Of a DNA stretch of 64,000 nt, positions 20,404 through 30,064 are shown one piece after another (within the stretch, counting starts at the first letter, position 1; each line of letters begins with the position of its first letter). Origin of the DNA: an uncultured candidate division Zixibacteria bacterium (GTDB lineage Bacteria > Zixibacteria > MSB-5A5 > RBG-16-43-9). The stretch lies in NCBI GenBank assembly GCA_963713865.1, contig OY970208.1:1632001-1696000 (forward strand), in the 5' to 3' direction. A model generated the notes under the pieces. It saw only the letters and a program-made list of their open reading frames with translations, had not been told where the DNA came from and made no database searches. A program made the position numbers and the translations under genes.

Positions 20404-20430
20404 AAAAAACGCCCCGGCATTATCCGGGGC
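20404..20430 (-). terminator. Intrinsic terminator between pilC and the kinase gene
   Basis: Minus strand GCCCCGG-ATAATG-CCGGGGC followed by GTTTTTT. Confidence 0.6.
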
Positions 20431-20463
20431 AGAAGGTAATTGATTATCCAACAGATTGTTTTT

Positions 20464-21666
20464 TTAACTAATCTTGCCAATAATGTCAAACATAGGTAGA
20501 TACATAGATATAAGAATGCCACCAACTATTACACCCATAAAGATGATCACAACTGGTTCAATTATGGAGGTAATAGCAGAAACAGCTGCATCCACTTCCT
20601 CCTCGTAGAAATCAGCAATCTTATTGAGCATATCGTCCAAGCCACCGGTTTTTTCACCCACGGAGATCATTTGGGTTACCATAGGCGGAAATACCCCGGT
20701 TTCTTTTAAAGGCTGGGTTATAGTTTCACCTTCTGCGATGGAGATAACTGATTTTTTAATAGCGTTCTGAATCACCTTGTTACCAGCGGTTTTGGCAGTG
20801 ATGTCCAGAGCTTCCAGTATCGAGACACCAGAAGAGATCAGGGTTCCAAGGGTGCGGGTAAATCTGGAGACTGCGCTTTTTCTGAGAAGCTCACCGATTA
20901 AGGGTAACTTCAAAAGGATTTTGTCAATCAGTAAACGGCCATGATCGGTACGGCTATAAAATTTAAAACCAATAGCTAACAAAACTAAAAATATCAGTCC
21001 AGTTATAAAGTTACTTCTCAGGAAATGACTTAATCCCAGGACAAATTTAGTTGGTCCAGGTAGTTCAGCCCCTAATCCGGAAAACAACTTGGCAAAAACG
21101 GGCACGATAAAAGTAAGCATTGCGGCGGTAACTCCAATGGCTACGATAAAAATAACAGAAGGGTAGATCAGAGCGCCTTTTACTTTTCTGACTAAAGCAT
21201 CAGCTTTCTCTCGATAGGCAGCTAACCTTATGAGGATAGTATCTAAGGCTCCTCCGATCTCGCCTGCATCTACCATATTGACATAGAGATCATCAAAGAT
21301 TTTCTTATGTTTGGACAGAGCTTCAGCCAGGGTTGTGCCGGCCTGGACACTTTCCTTAACCTGCCCGATCACTTTTCTTAATTCGGCTGATTCGCTTTGC
21401 TGAGATAAGATCTCCAGGCATTGAACCATAGGAAGTCCTGCCCCGATCATAGTGGCGAATTGTCGCGTGAATCTGGAGATTTGTACTTTTTTTACTCTTT
21501 TCATGCCAAAGCTGAGTTTGATGCTGGATGGTTTTTTTATGACCGAAGATACCAGGATCTTGTTACTACGCAAAAGTTTTTCCAGCTCATTCCGGTCTTT
21601 GGCTTTAAGCTCTCCAGAAACGGTTGTCCCCGCTAAGGTTTTCCCTTTGTATTCATAGATAGGCAA
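20464..21666 (-). CDS. pilC: Type IV pilus inner membrane platform protein PilC (GspF family)
   Basis: FTRQFATMIGAG, AGEIGGALD, ALIYP, GEKTGGLD, IEP..MYLPMF. Confidence 0.93.
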   Translation of the reverse strand: MPIYEYKGKTLAGTTVSGELKAKDRNELEKLLRSNKILVSSVIKKPSSIKLSFGMKRVKKVQISRFTRQFATMIGAGLPMVQCLEILSQQSESAELRKVIGQVKESVQAGTTLAEALSKHKKIFDDLYVNMVDAGEIGGALDTILIRLAAYREKADALVRKVKGALIYPSVIFIVAIGVTAAMLTFIVPVFAKLFSGLGAELPGPTKFVLGLSHFLRSNFITGLIFLVLLAIGFKFYSRTDHGRLLIDKILLKLPLIGELLRKSAVSRFTRTLGTLISSGVSILEALDITAKTAGNKVIQNAIKKSVISIAEGETITQPLKETGVFPPMVTQMISVGEKTGGLDDMLNKIADFYEEEVDAAVSAITSIIEPVVIIFMGVIVGGILISMYLPMFDIIGKIS

Positions 21667-21692
21667 TTTAATCCTCCTTTATATCAGTAAAG

Positions 21693-22772
21693 TTATGCGA
21701 AAGTAGAGATCTCCTGTTTTTTGGATACGATCTCGTTTAGCTCCTGCGAATTAGAGCTTCTTCCCATTGCATCTCCAATGGTTATCTTATGGGTAAGATA
21801 AAGCTCAGCTAAGGATTGATTCATAGTTTTCATACCGTATTTCTGCCCAGCCTGCATCATCGAATAAATCTGATGGATTTTGTCATCCCGGATCAAAGCC
21901 CGGATAGCTGGAGTGCAGATCATTACCTCTAAAGCTAAGGCTCTGCCACCACCTATCTTAGGGATCAATTGCTGAGTTACTACTGCTTGCAAAACAAAAG
22001 AAATGGTTACCCTTACCTGTTCCTGTTGATTAGTAGGGAAAACGTCGATTATTCGGTTCATTGATTCAACACAGGAGTTGGTGTGTAAAGTGGCAAAGGC
22101 TAAATGTCCGGTCTCAGAGATATTTAATGCTGCCTCCATTGTTTCTAAATCTCTCATCTCGCCTATCAGGACAACATCCGGGTCTTCTCTTAAAGCGTAT
22201 TTTAAAGCAGAGGCAAAAGATGTGGTATCTGAATATACTTCCCTCTGATTTATCAGGGAACAGTTATGGCGATGTAGATATTCTATTGGGTCTTCAATAG
22301 TGATTATATGACAGTGTCTTTCTTTATTTATTTTGTCGATCAAAGCGGCTAAGGTGGTTGATTTACCCATACCGGTTGGGCCAGTGATCAAGACTAAGCC
22401 CCGAGGTAAATTAGCAAATTCCGTTATTACCTTTGGCAGCCCCAATTCCTCAAAACTTGGTATGTGGTGCGGGATCATACGTAGAGCCACTGCCACGTTT
22501 CCCCTTTGCATAAACACGTTACATCTGAACCGGCTGAGGTTTTCTATCCCGAAAGAAAGGTCTAACTCACTCTTTTCCTCGAATTTTTGTTTTTGTTTTT
22601 CACTCATTATAGAATAAGCAAGCTTTTTGGTATCTTCTGGGGTCAAAAGGTCATAATTGGTTTTAATTAGTTTGCCATCAATTCTCAATTGCGGCGGACT
22701 ACCTACAGTCAGATGAAGATCAGAGGCATTCTTTTTGACCATCGATTCTAAAAGTTCTCTTAACCCTACCAT
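21693..22772 (-). CDS. pilT: Type IV pilus retraction ATPase PilT
   Basis: ASDLHL, GPTGMGKSTT, TIEDPIE, ALREDPD, ETGHL..TLHT, AIRALIR. Confidence 0.93.
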   Translation of the reverse strand: MVGLRELLESMVKKNASDLHLTVGSPPQLRIDGKLIKTNYDLLTPEDTKKLAYSIMSEKQKQKFEEKSELDLSFGIENLSRFRCNVFMQRGNVAVALRMIPHHIPSFEELGLPKVITEFANLPRGLVLITGPTGMGKSTTLAALIDKINKERHCHIITIEDPIEYLHRHNCSLINQREVYSDTTSFASALKYALREDPDVVLIGEMRDLETMEAALNISETGHLAFATLHTNSCVESMNRIIDVFPTNQQEQVRVTISFVLQAVVTQQLIPKIGGGRALALEVMICTPAIRALIRDDKIHQIYSMMQAGQKYGMKTMNQSLAELYLTHKITIGDAMGRSSNSQELNEIVSKKQEISTFA

Positions 22773-23071
22773 GTGTTCTCCAGGTTTTATTTGGGGATAA
22801 AAAGTACTAAATATATGCTCCAGGTTATTCTTTTACTATTATCGACTTTAAGGTAAAATTCTTTATTAAAACTGGAATAAAGCAGGGAAGTAATTTATTC
22901 CATCCTTACCTTGTCTCCTGACCAGGCAAATCGGCTTCGTCGGGTGAAGATACCAGATGGTAATAATCGGAGAGACAAAGGCAATTTTATAAATTGTCTT
23001 AATTTCCTCTTTTTTATTTACAAACTTGGCTCAAAAGATTAGATTTCAACAGGCTTTAACTTATAGTTGTT

Positions 23072-24352
23072 ATGAACCAGAGAAAATTTGCCCTGTTTAC
23101 AGTAGGATGTAAGCTAAATCAATACGAGACAGAATGGATGGGGGAATGCCTGGAAAAATCCGGGTTTAAGAGGGTAAATTTCTCCGATCAAGCAGACTTA
23201 TATATAATCAATACCTGTACAGTTACGGCTCAAAGCGATTATTCCTCCAGGCAGGCGATCTATCGAGTTTTCAGGAGGTCGCCCAACTCCAAGATCGCGG
23301 TGGTGGGGTGTTATTCAGAAATCGAGCCGGATTTTCTAAAAAAATTGCCGGGAGTCATTTTAGTTTTGGGAAATGAGAAGAAGAAAAGAATCGATGAGAT
23401 TATACTGGAAAAATTGTATAATCAGAAACCAGAGATTAGAGAAGAAAAAACTATAATCACCAGCAGGTTTAAACATACACGTGCTCTGGTGAAGATTCAG
23501 GATGGATGCAATCAAAGTTGTGCCTATTGCATTGTGCCTAAGGCCAGGGGTAAGGAAATATCCAGAGATGTAAATGAGGTGGTTCAAGAGATAAATGGTT
23601 TAAAGGATCAAGGGTTCAAAGAAGTGGTTCTAACCGGGGTACATATAGGGAAATACTGTGAGGAGGGATTAAATCTTTCAGGTCTTTTAAAGAAAATTTT
23701 AGTTGAAACTGAGGTAGAGAGGATCAGACTTAGTTCTGTAGAACCCCAAGAGTTAGATGAGGAATTAGTAAAACTTCTGGAAAAAGAGAAGAGAGTCTGC
23801 CGGCACCTGCATATCCCTTTGCAATCCGGGAATAATGAAGTACTCAAGAAGATGAAAAGAAATTATACGGTGGAGGAATACAGCAATTTGATTCAAACTG
23901 TTTATAAAAGAGTAAAGGGTATTACCTTAGGTGCAGATGTGATGGTTGGTTTTCCAGGAGAAAAAGAAGAGGATTTTGAAAAAACCTGTGAATTCATTTT
24001 ATCTTCACCCTTAGCCTATCTACATGTATTCAGTTATTCAGATAGAAAAGGGACTTTAGCCTCCGAGATGCAGGATAAAATTGAGCCTAAGGTAATTCAG
24101 AAGAGAAGTAAGCTTCTTCATCAGATAGGGAAGGAGATCTGGGAAAAACACTTAAACAATTTTATGGGTAAAAAACTGGAGATTTTGGTGGAAAGCAACA
24201 AAGATAAGAACTCTGGCAAATTGATCGGGTTAACCGATAACTATCTCCGTGTGCTGATAGCGGGTAATGAAAATTTGAAAAATCAGATATTACCGGTCAA
24301 GGCGATTGGAAGGGAAAGTAAATATCTGACAGGGGAAATCTTTAATGGATAG
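23072..24352 (+). CDS. mtaB: tRNA t6A37 methylthiotransferase MtaB
   Basis: GCKLNQYET, NTCTVT, KIQDGCNQSCAYC radical SAM motif, TRAM domain. Confidence 0.9.
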   Translation: MNQRKFALFTVGCKLNQYETEWMGECLEKSGFKRVNFSDQADLYIINTCTVTAQSDYSSRQAIYRVFRRSPNSKIAVVGCYSEIEPDFLKKLPGVILVLGNEKKKRIDEIILEKLYNQKPEIREEKTIITSRFKHTRALVKIQDGCNQSCAYCIVPKARGKEISRDVNEVVQEINGLKDQGFKEVVLTGVHIGKYCEEGLNLSGLLKKILVETEVERIRLSSVEPQELDEELVKLLEKEKRVCRHLHIPLQSGNNEVLKKMKRNYTVEEYSNLIQTVYKRVKGITLGADVMVGFPGEKEEDFEKTCEFILSSPLAYLHVFSYSDRKGTLASEMQDKIEPKVIQKRSKLLHQIGKEIWEKHLNNFMGKKLEILVESNKDKNSGKLIGLTDNYLRVLIAGNENLKNQILPVKAIGRESKYLTGEIFNG

Positions 24353-25220
24353 ATACTTTACTCAGATAAAGCTAACTCTTTCTCAATCTTTGTCTGAACT
24401 TTTCGGAAATTTTATGGTGGAAAATGGCTGCAGGGGTTATAGCATAGAGGAAGATAATAAGGACAGGGTTATATTGAAAGGGTATCTTAGAGAAAGGAGA
24501 AAGGCAAAGGTTTTAATTGAGAAAATTTACAGATATGCTGAAGCGTTGATTGGTTTTCATAAAGGAAATTTGGAGATTAGGGTTGAGCTAAAAAGAATAA
24601 AAGAAGAGGACTGGTCAAAAGGATGGAAAGAAACCTTTAAACCGATTGAAGTAACTGATAAGATTGTGGTGAAGCCAGGTTGGATCAAAAAAAGATTTCC
24701 ACATAAAATAGTGATTGAACTTGAGCCAAAGATGGCTTTTGGAACCGGAGAGCACTCTACTACTCAGATGTGTTTGAGGGCATTAGAGAAATATATTAAA
24801 CCTGAGGATAAAGTTTTAGATTTAGGAACCGGAAGCGGGATTCTATCTATTGCCTCTGCTAAAATAGGCGCATCTTACACCCTGGCTCTCGACATTGATC
24901 CTGAGGCTATAAATAATGCCAAAGAGAATATAATTAAGAACAAAGTGCAAAAAGTCGTGGATTTAAGATTGGGGACCTTAGAGGATTCTATTCCAGATGA
25001 CTATTTCAATCTAATCCTTGCTAATCTGACTAAAACTCAGATAATTGAGTTTTCTGATAGTATGAATCGGGTTTTGAAAAAAGAGGGAATTCTTATCTTA
25101 TCCGGGATTCAAATAGAAGAGAAAGGAGAGATGGAAGAGTACTTTTGCTCAAAAGATATTTTATTAAAGGAGACTCTTTCTGATAAGGAGTGGATTGGTT
25201 ATGTTATACAAAAGATATGA
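24345..25220 (+). CDS. prmA: Ribosomal protein L11 methyltransferase
   Basis: EEDW..WK, PKMAFGTGEHSTT, LDLGTGSGILSI. Confidence 0.93.
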   Translation: MDRYFTQIKLTLSQSLSELFGNFMVENGCRGYSIEEDNKDRVILKGYLRERRKAKVLIEKIYRYAEALIGFHKGNLEIRVELKRIKEEDWSKGWKETFKPIEVTDKIVVKPGWIKKRFPHKIVIELEPKMAFGTGEHSTTQMCLRALEKYIKPEDKVLDLGTGSGILSIASAKIGASYTLALDIDPEAINNAKENIIKNKVQKVVDLRLGTLEDSIPDDYFNLILANLTKTQIIEFSDSMNRVLKKEGILILSGIQIEEKGEMEEYFCSKDILLKETLSDKEWIGYVIQKI

Positions 25221-25261
25221 TGATTCCAATTTTCAAAGGTAATAATCAAGAGAGGAGATAG

Positions 25262-26008
25262 ATGATTACTTATTTTTATGTAGAGCCAAAAAATGTAGAC
25301 AAAAATTTTCTAAAGATCGAAGGGGAGGAAGCTAAACATATCTGTCAGGTATTGAGAAAAGGTGAAGGGGAGGTTATTGAGGCAGTGGATGGCGAAGGGG
25401 TAAAATATCAGGTCCTGATTACCAACACCGGTAGAGATTGGGTGCAGGGTAAGATTCTTACTCAGATCAGAAAAGAGAATGAGCCTTTAACTCATCTGAC
25501 ATTAGCTCAGGGCTTGATCAAAGGGGTGAGAATGGATTTTTTAGTAGAAAAGATTACAGAGATTGGAGTCTTTTCTATCATACCTCTTATAACTGAAAAA
25601 AGTGTGGTTAAATTGGAAAAAGATAAAAGAGAGATTGCGAGGTTAAATCGGTGGAAGAGGATTGCCATCAGTGGGATGAAACAATCTTTACGTTCAAGAT
25701 TTACTGAGATTCAAAAACCGACTTTATTTCAAGAGCTTTTATCAAAAGTCAGGGGATATGATTTAGCTCTTATAGCCTGCCAGACAAAAAGATCACAATC
25801 TTTAAAGGGGATTATTGATGCAAAAAAAAGATTAAAGAATATCTTACTTTTAGTTGGTCCGGAAAGTGGATTTACCCAGGGAGAGTTAGACCTTGCTTTA
25901 AAATCTGGTGTTATCCCGGTCTCTTTAGGACCAAGAAGGCTTCGTTCTGAAACTGCCGGGATCGTGTTTTCCTCTCTGGTATTGTATGAATTAGAAGATT
26001 TAGGATGA
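25262..26008 (+). CDS. rsmE: 16S rRNA m3U1498 methyltransferase
   Basis: HICQVLR, EKITEIGV, VGPESGF, LGPRRLRSETA. Confidence 0.93.
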   Translation: MITYFYVEPKNVDKNFLKIEGEEAKHICQVLRKGEGEVIEAVDGEGVKYQVLITNTGRDWVQGKILTQIRKENEPLTHLTLAQGLIKGVRMDFLVEKITEIGVFSIIPLITEKSVVKLEKDKREIARLNRWKRIAISGMKQSLRSRFTEIQKPTLFQELLSKVRGYDLALIACQTKRSQSLKGIIDAKKRLKNILLLVGPESGFTQGELDLALKSGVIPVSLGPRRLRSETAGIVFSSLVLYELEDLG

Positions 26009-26105
26009 TTTTTCTGGTAATATATCTGACAGACTTCCATTTTGTTAACCCCGCGTAGCCGAGCCTTTAGGGCTCGGCGGAGGTCTAAAACCTACGCTAC
26101 ATTTT

Positions 26106-26561
26106 CTACTTTGATATAAACCAGGTATAGAGATTCTTGCGGGCTAATATAAGCCATAAGACAAAGGGGATGCACCAGTTCAAAAAATAGAGGCACAAGG
26201 ATACGGTTAAGCCTGCTTTTGAGGGGTTTTCACTCAGTCCGTAGATTAAAAAAATGAGTTCAGCTATCAATATCTGCCATAAGAAGATTAGAAAAAGCCC
26301 CAGGAGAAGTTTTTTTACTATCTTTTGAGATTTTATCCCCGGGATGATTAAAAGAAGGGAGATAAAGGGCAAGTAATTGTAAAATAAAGAAGTTAAAAAA
26401 GGGAGAACGATCAGGTCTATGCCGAGGAGATTAAGAATTGGGGGAACTAGGTAGTCGAAGAAAAGAAAATAATAATATTCCCCTTTCCAGTACCAGAGGG
26501 CGAATAAAATCAAGGAAATTGCTGAAAATTTTAAGATAAAGGGGAGAAACTTCTCTTTCAT
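26106..26561 (-). CDS. Exosortase-associated membrane protein
   Basis: About four hydrophobic helices, directly downstream of the exosortase gene. Confidence 0.6.
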   Translation of the reverse strand: MKEKFLPFILKFSAISLILFALWYWKGEYYYFLFFDYLVPPILNLLGIDLIVLPFLTSLFYNYLPFISLLLIIPGIKSQKIVKKLLLGLFLIFLWQILIAELIFLIYGLSENPSKAGLTVSLCLYFLNWCIPFVLWLILARKNLYTWFISK

Positions 26562-26589
26562 AGAATCGTAGTGCGACCCTTTCAACCGC

Positions 26590-26617
26590 GTAGAGACGCA
26601 TAGCGATGCGTCTCTAC
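26590..26617. repeat. GTAG REP palindrome
   Basis: GTAGAGACGCAT-AGCG-ATGCGTCTCTAC; a related copy at 13039 contains the selB stop. Confidence 0.8.
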
Positions 26618-26621
26618 ATCG

Positions 26622-27198
26622 CTAAAATCTTTCGGATTTTACTATCTTCTCTATCCATAGAATCCAGGTACAAAGAATGATTAATATCAAAGCTACCTGC
26701 CAGAAATATAGATGCAAAAACTCAAAGGCATCCGGTCGATAATTAGAGATAACTGCTATAAAAACCATCCTTATAATGTTGATCAAAAATATAAACGGAA
26801 TCCCAAAAAGAGTACCCCAGAGCTTCTTTTTAAGGCTGGATGGATAAGCTAACATACCTAATAAGAAGATGAACATCTCATATAACCCGGTGCACTCAAC
26901 CACAATTTCAACATTGAAATTTTTCATATTCAAAAATTGCCCGCTGACTTGGGTATCCATTCCAAAAAGATTTAAGACCAGAACCGACTACATAAGCAGT
27001 GGCAAACACTAATTTTTCACTAAAGGGATATAAAAGGTTATCCCGGGTCAGGGAGAACAAAATGGTGAAAGGGATTAATAGCCCAATGAATAAAAGCACA
27101 AACCTAAAAATTGGCTTATAAGCTTTTCCTTTCTTTTCATCTTTCTGAATGATTTCTTTTTTATGGTCTGAGGCAGAACCTTTGAGCTTTTTTTTCAT
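26622..27198 (-). CDS. xrtH: Exosortase H-like (IPTL-CTERM-associated), split by a +1 frameshift near 26982
   Basis: Cys (VECTG), Arg (NIIR) and His (LHLYFWQ) triad; removing one T at minus-strand GGTTCTG fuses ORFs 26908-27198 and 26622-26960 as AYVVGLVLNLFGMD. Confidence 0.75.
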
Positions 27199-27317
27199 AC
27201 GGTATAAGATTCAAAGCATAACCTCGATTTGTCAATGTTATTTTTGTTTTATGTAGCGGAAGGACATCAAGCTCTTGACGCTTCAGCCTTTCCATCTCTT
27301 TCCTTCCACACATAATT

Positions 27318-27347
27318 TTAAGGGCTGGCCTTTCGACCAGCCCTTAA
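27318..27347. terminator. Strong hairpin after the IPTL-CTERM gene
   Basis: TTAAGGGCTGG/CCAGCCCTTAA 11-bp stem; a U tract only on the plus strand, so direction is uncertain. Confidence 0.45.
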
Positions 27348-27365
27348 GTTTTTTGCCTACACCAC

Positions 27366-27836
27366 TTATGCAGTTACAGGTTTTCTCCTCATCAAAAGAT
27401 AGACCCCGGCTACAATAATCAAAGCAACCAGAATGATCATACCCCACTGGGTTAGGCTTGGAGTGGAATATTTTTTATTATATGCAGCATCACAGGCGCT
27501 GACTTTACGGCCTATGTCATCTACTAAGCAGGCAGTTACACTGACAGCACCACAGGGTCCTGTCCATGTCTTACTCCACTTTCCAGAGCCATTTGTTACG
27601 ACGACCTGCTTAGTTTCGATTAAACCGCCCTGGCTGTCTAAGTTCTCTAGATCAACGTGATAGTTATTTCCTACATTATTAGCTTTCCCGGATACCCTAT
27701 ACAAGCATTGATTATTTCCCAGATCTTTCTTAATAGCAATTGTGATAGAAACAGTGGGTGCTTGTGCCATGAGAGTTCCCCATGCTATTGCCACAAAAGC
27801 AAGTGCTATAAAAATGGCACACATTTTTCTAAACAT
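27366..27836 (-). CDS. Secreted protein with IPTL-CTERM sorting signal
   Basis: Signal peptide; four Cys in the mature part; C-terminal TPSLTQWG + TM helix + RRK; GGAGGA RBS before ATG 27836. Confidence 0.85.
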   Translation of the reverse strand: MFRKMCAIFIALAFVAIAWGTLMAQAPTVSITIAIKKDLGNNQCLYRVSGKANNVGNNYHVDLENLDSQGGLIETKQVVVTNGSGKWSKTWTGPCGAVSVTACLVDDIGRKVSACDAAYNKKYSTPSLTQWGMIILVALIIVAGVYLLMRRKPVTA

Positions 27837-27897
27837 AGCTTCCTCCATCTATGAATTGGCCTAAAGTTACTTTATTGAAAATAATCATCGGAAGAAA

Positions 27898-28617
27898 TCA
27901 AAAGGAAGATATAGGTGGTCCACGCAACTGGGGAATTAGGAAGAACTTTTGAGAGAAAAGCTTGTGGTTCTCGGCAAAACTCCAAAATATTTCTTTAGTG
28001 GTAAACTTTATTCCGGTAGCTTTAAAGATTTTAACAGCATGTTCAATTATTTTTACTAATAGTGAATTAAGAAGAACTACTATGAAAGAAATGACTCCAA
28101 AACCAAACAGGGTTACAAGTCTCAGGAAAAAAGGAGTTGAAGGTGTGGAGTGAGTAAGCAAGCCGCTGGTGTAACCAAGCTTAATGAGTCCTAATTCAAA
28201 GAAAACCCACAGGACAGATACAATAATCGGACTAAATCCAAAATACTGTTTCGTCAACCCTACTGTCCAGCCCCAGAGGGCAAAAAGGAGGGTTCCGCCT
28301 ATAATCATTAAGATGGCTGAGGCAGGAGTAACCAAAAGAGCATCCAGGCTCCAGAAGGTAAAGAAGGTAAGACCGAGTAGAAACCCCAAACGAAAAGCTT
28401 CTCTGGTAGAAGCCTTATTGATTCTCCAAAGAAAGGGAAACAGTGCAACGAAAGAGAAATACCAATAGCCGGGGAATAGATTGGCTACTAATAAAAGAAG
28501 GGCACTTGTGCCTGAATATAGAAAATCTTCTGCCAGCTTGGAAAAGGAGTGCCCAAGTTCTAAGGAACCGGACAGACAATTATTACCTCTATGGCACCTT
28601 TTTGGGGGTAAAAACAT
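27898..28617 (-). CDS. Membrane protein resembling the N-terminal TM domain of apolipoprotein N-acyltransferase, no nitrilase domain, C-terminal RGPP
   Basis: SFVALFPFL..AFRLGFLLGLTFF..LWVFFE..LFGFGVISFIVVLLN resembles Lnt-N; ends LIPQLRGPPISSF. Confidence 0.6.
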   Translation of the reverse strand: MFLPPKRCHRGNNCLSGSLELGHSFSKLAEDFLYSGTSALLLLVANLFPGYWYFSFVALFPFLWRINKASTREAFRLGFLLGLTFFTFWSLDALLVTPASAILMIIGGTLLFALWGWTVGLTKQYFGFSPIIVSVLWVFFELGLIKLGYTSGLLTHSTPSTPFFLRLVTLFGFGVISFIVVLLNSLLVKIIEHAVKIFKATGIKFTTKEIFWSFAENHKLFSQKFFLIPQLRGPPISSF

Positions 28618-28958
28618 CTGATCCCCTTCTAATTCCTTACAAATGGTTTTAACCTTTTACATTCAGATATCCTCAGGTAAATACCATAATAGGACTGCAT
28701 CAAATTCGTAAGAAAATAAATATATTAATCTAAATTTACTCTTTATATACTTTACATTTTCAGGGAGCTTTTGTCAAGTAAAATCTTTATTTTTTTCGTA
28801 TTTATCATAAAGAAAGAGTTAACTATATATTTTAGAAGGCGTTATCTATCTTAGAATTCATTTCAAAGAAAGATTTAATTATGAATGTATTAGATGGCTC
28901 TACTAACCGATTTACAGGCAACAGGTTAAAAAAATGGTGCGATGGGGCAAATTTTTAC

Positions 28959-28987
28959 TTGACATCAATAGTATGTTATTATATAAT
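28959..28987 (+). promoter_or_regulatory. Sigma70 promoter of the rpsU operon
   Basis: TTGACA-17nt-TATAAT exact consensus. Confidence 0.8.
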
Positions 28988-29060
28988 AAAAATTTAAAAA
29001 AGAAGATATGCAAGGATATGAAACAATTTATAGAAGAGATGAAAGGGGGTTAGAGATGAG

Positions 29061-29258
29061 ATGACCGTTGTTAAGATTCGAGAGGATGAGAGCTTCGAGA
29101 AAGCTTTACGGCGTTTTACCAAGTCCTGCGAAAGATCAGGGATCCTGGCAGATATAAGAAAGCATCAGCATTTCGAGAAGCCGTCCGAAAAGCGGAAAAG
29201 GAAAATGGCGGCAGCCAGGCGAAAAAGCCGGCGTAGATTTTATGAGGAACAGCTTTAA
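29061..29258 (+). CDS. rpsU: 30S ribosomal protein S21
   Basis: ESFEKALRRF..HFEKPSEKRKRK. Confidence 0.96.
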   Translation: MTVVKIREDESFEKALRRFTKSCERSGILADIRKHQHFEKPSEKRKRKMAAARRKSRRRFYEEQL

Positions 29259-29707
29259 TGAGCCTCAGAGAACGAATTGATCAGGATATGAAAGTGGCGC
29301 AGAAGTCGGGTGACAGGCTTAAATTAAGCCTCACCCGACTTCTGAGATCTGATATCCGCTATAAGGAGATAGAAAAAGGGAAAGAGCTTTCGGATGAAGA
29401 AGTCCTCGAAGTCATTTCCTCTTCCGCAAAAAAACACCGGGATTCAATTGAGCAGTTTAGAAAAGGGGGAAGAGAAGACCTGGCAAAAAAAGAGGAAGAG
29501 GAGCTTAACCTGATTCTGGGATATATGCCAGCCCAGTTTAATTCTGAGGAACTGGAGAGATTGGTGGAAGAATCAATGACTGAAGTTGGTGCAGAGGGTG
29601 AGAAAGATATCGGCAAAGTGATGAAAGCTCTTATGCCCAAGGTAAAAGGGAGAGCGGATGGTAAATCGGTTAATCTTTTAGTTTCCTCTAAACTTAAAGC
29701 CGATTAA
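29258..29707 (+). CDS. GatB/YqeY domain protein
   Basis: SIEQFRKGGREDLA, GKVMKALMPKVKGRADG. Confidence 0.92.
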   Translation: MSLRERIDQDMKVAQKSGDRLKLSLTRLLRSDIRYKEIEKGKELSDEEVLEVISSSAKKHRDSIEQFRKGGREDLAKKEEEELNLILGYMPAQFNSEELERLVEESMTEVGAEGEKDIGKVMKALMPKVKGRADGKSVNLLVSSKLKAD

Positions 29708-29742
29708 AGATGAAAAGCTGTCTTGAATACTTAGCTTAGATT

Positions 29743-29780
29743 AAAGCGTCACTCTAAAAAAAGAGTGACGCTTTTTCTTT
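29743..29780 (+). terminator. Intrinsic terminator after the YqeY gene
   Basis: AAAGCGTCACTCT-loop-AGAGTGACGCTTT followed by T tract. Confidence 0.75.
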
Positions 29781-30064
29781 TTAAAGAGAAAAAATAACTT
29801 GCAAAGCTTTTTTTGAGGGTTAAATTATAGTGAAGATTGACCCATATTGAGGGCAACGTAGGATTACCGTTCTACCCAATATTTGGTAATCACGCCTTGC
29901 CCTCAAGGCGGGAAAGATGAATGCCAGAGTGTAGGGAGAGGGATTGTTGAGCTAAGCGAAATCCCGCTTATGCGGGATCCCTGTTTGATTCAGTCTCACA
30001 TAAAGGTGAGGAGGGTAGAATAATGATACATAAAAGGAAATTTTTAATATGAAAGGAGGGATTT

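Noticed and set aside
22915-22940. ZTP riboswitch-like GCCGATTTGCCTGGTCA on the minus strand
   Set aside because: The required 5' GACTGG pseudoknot partner and P1 consensus are absent
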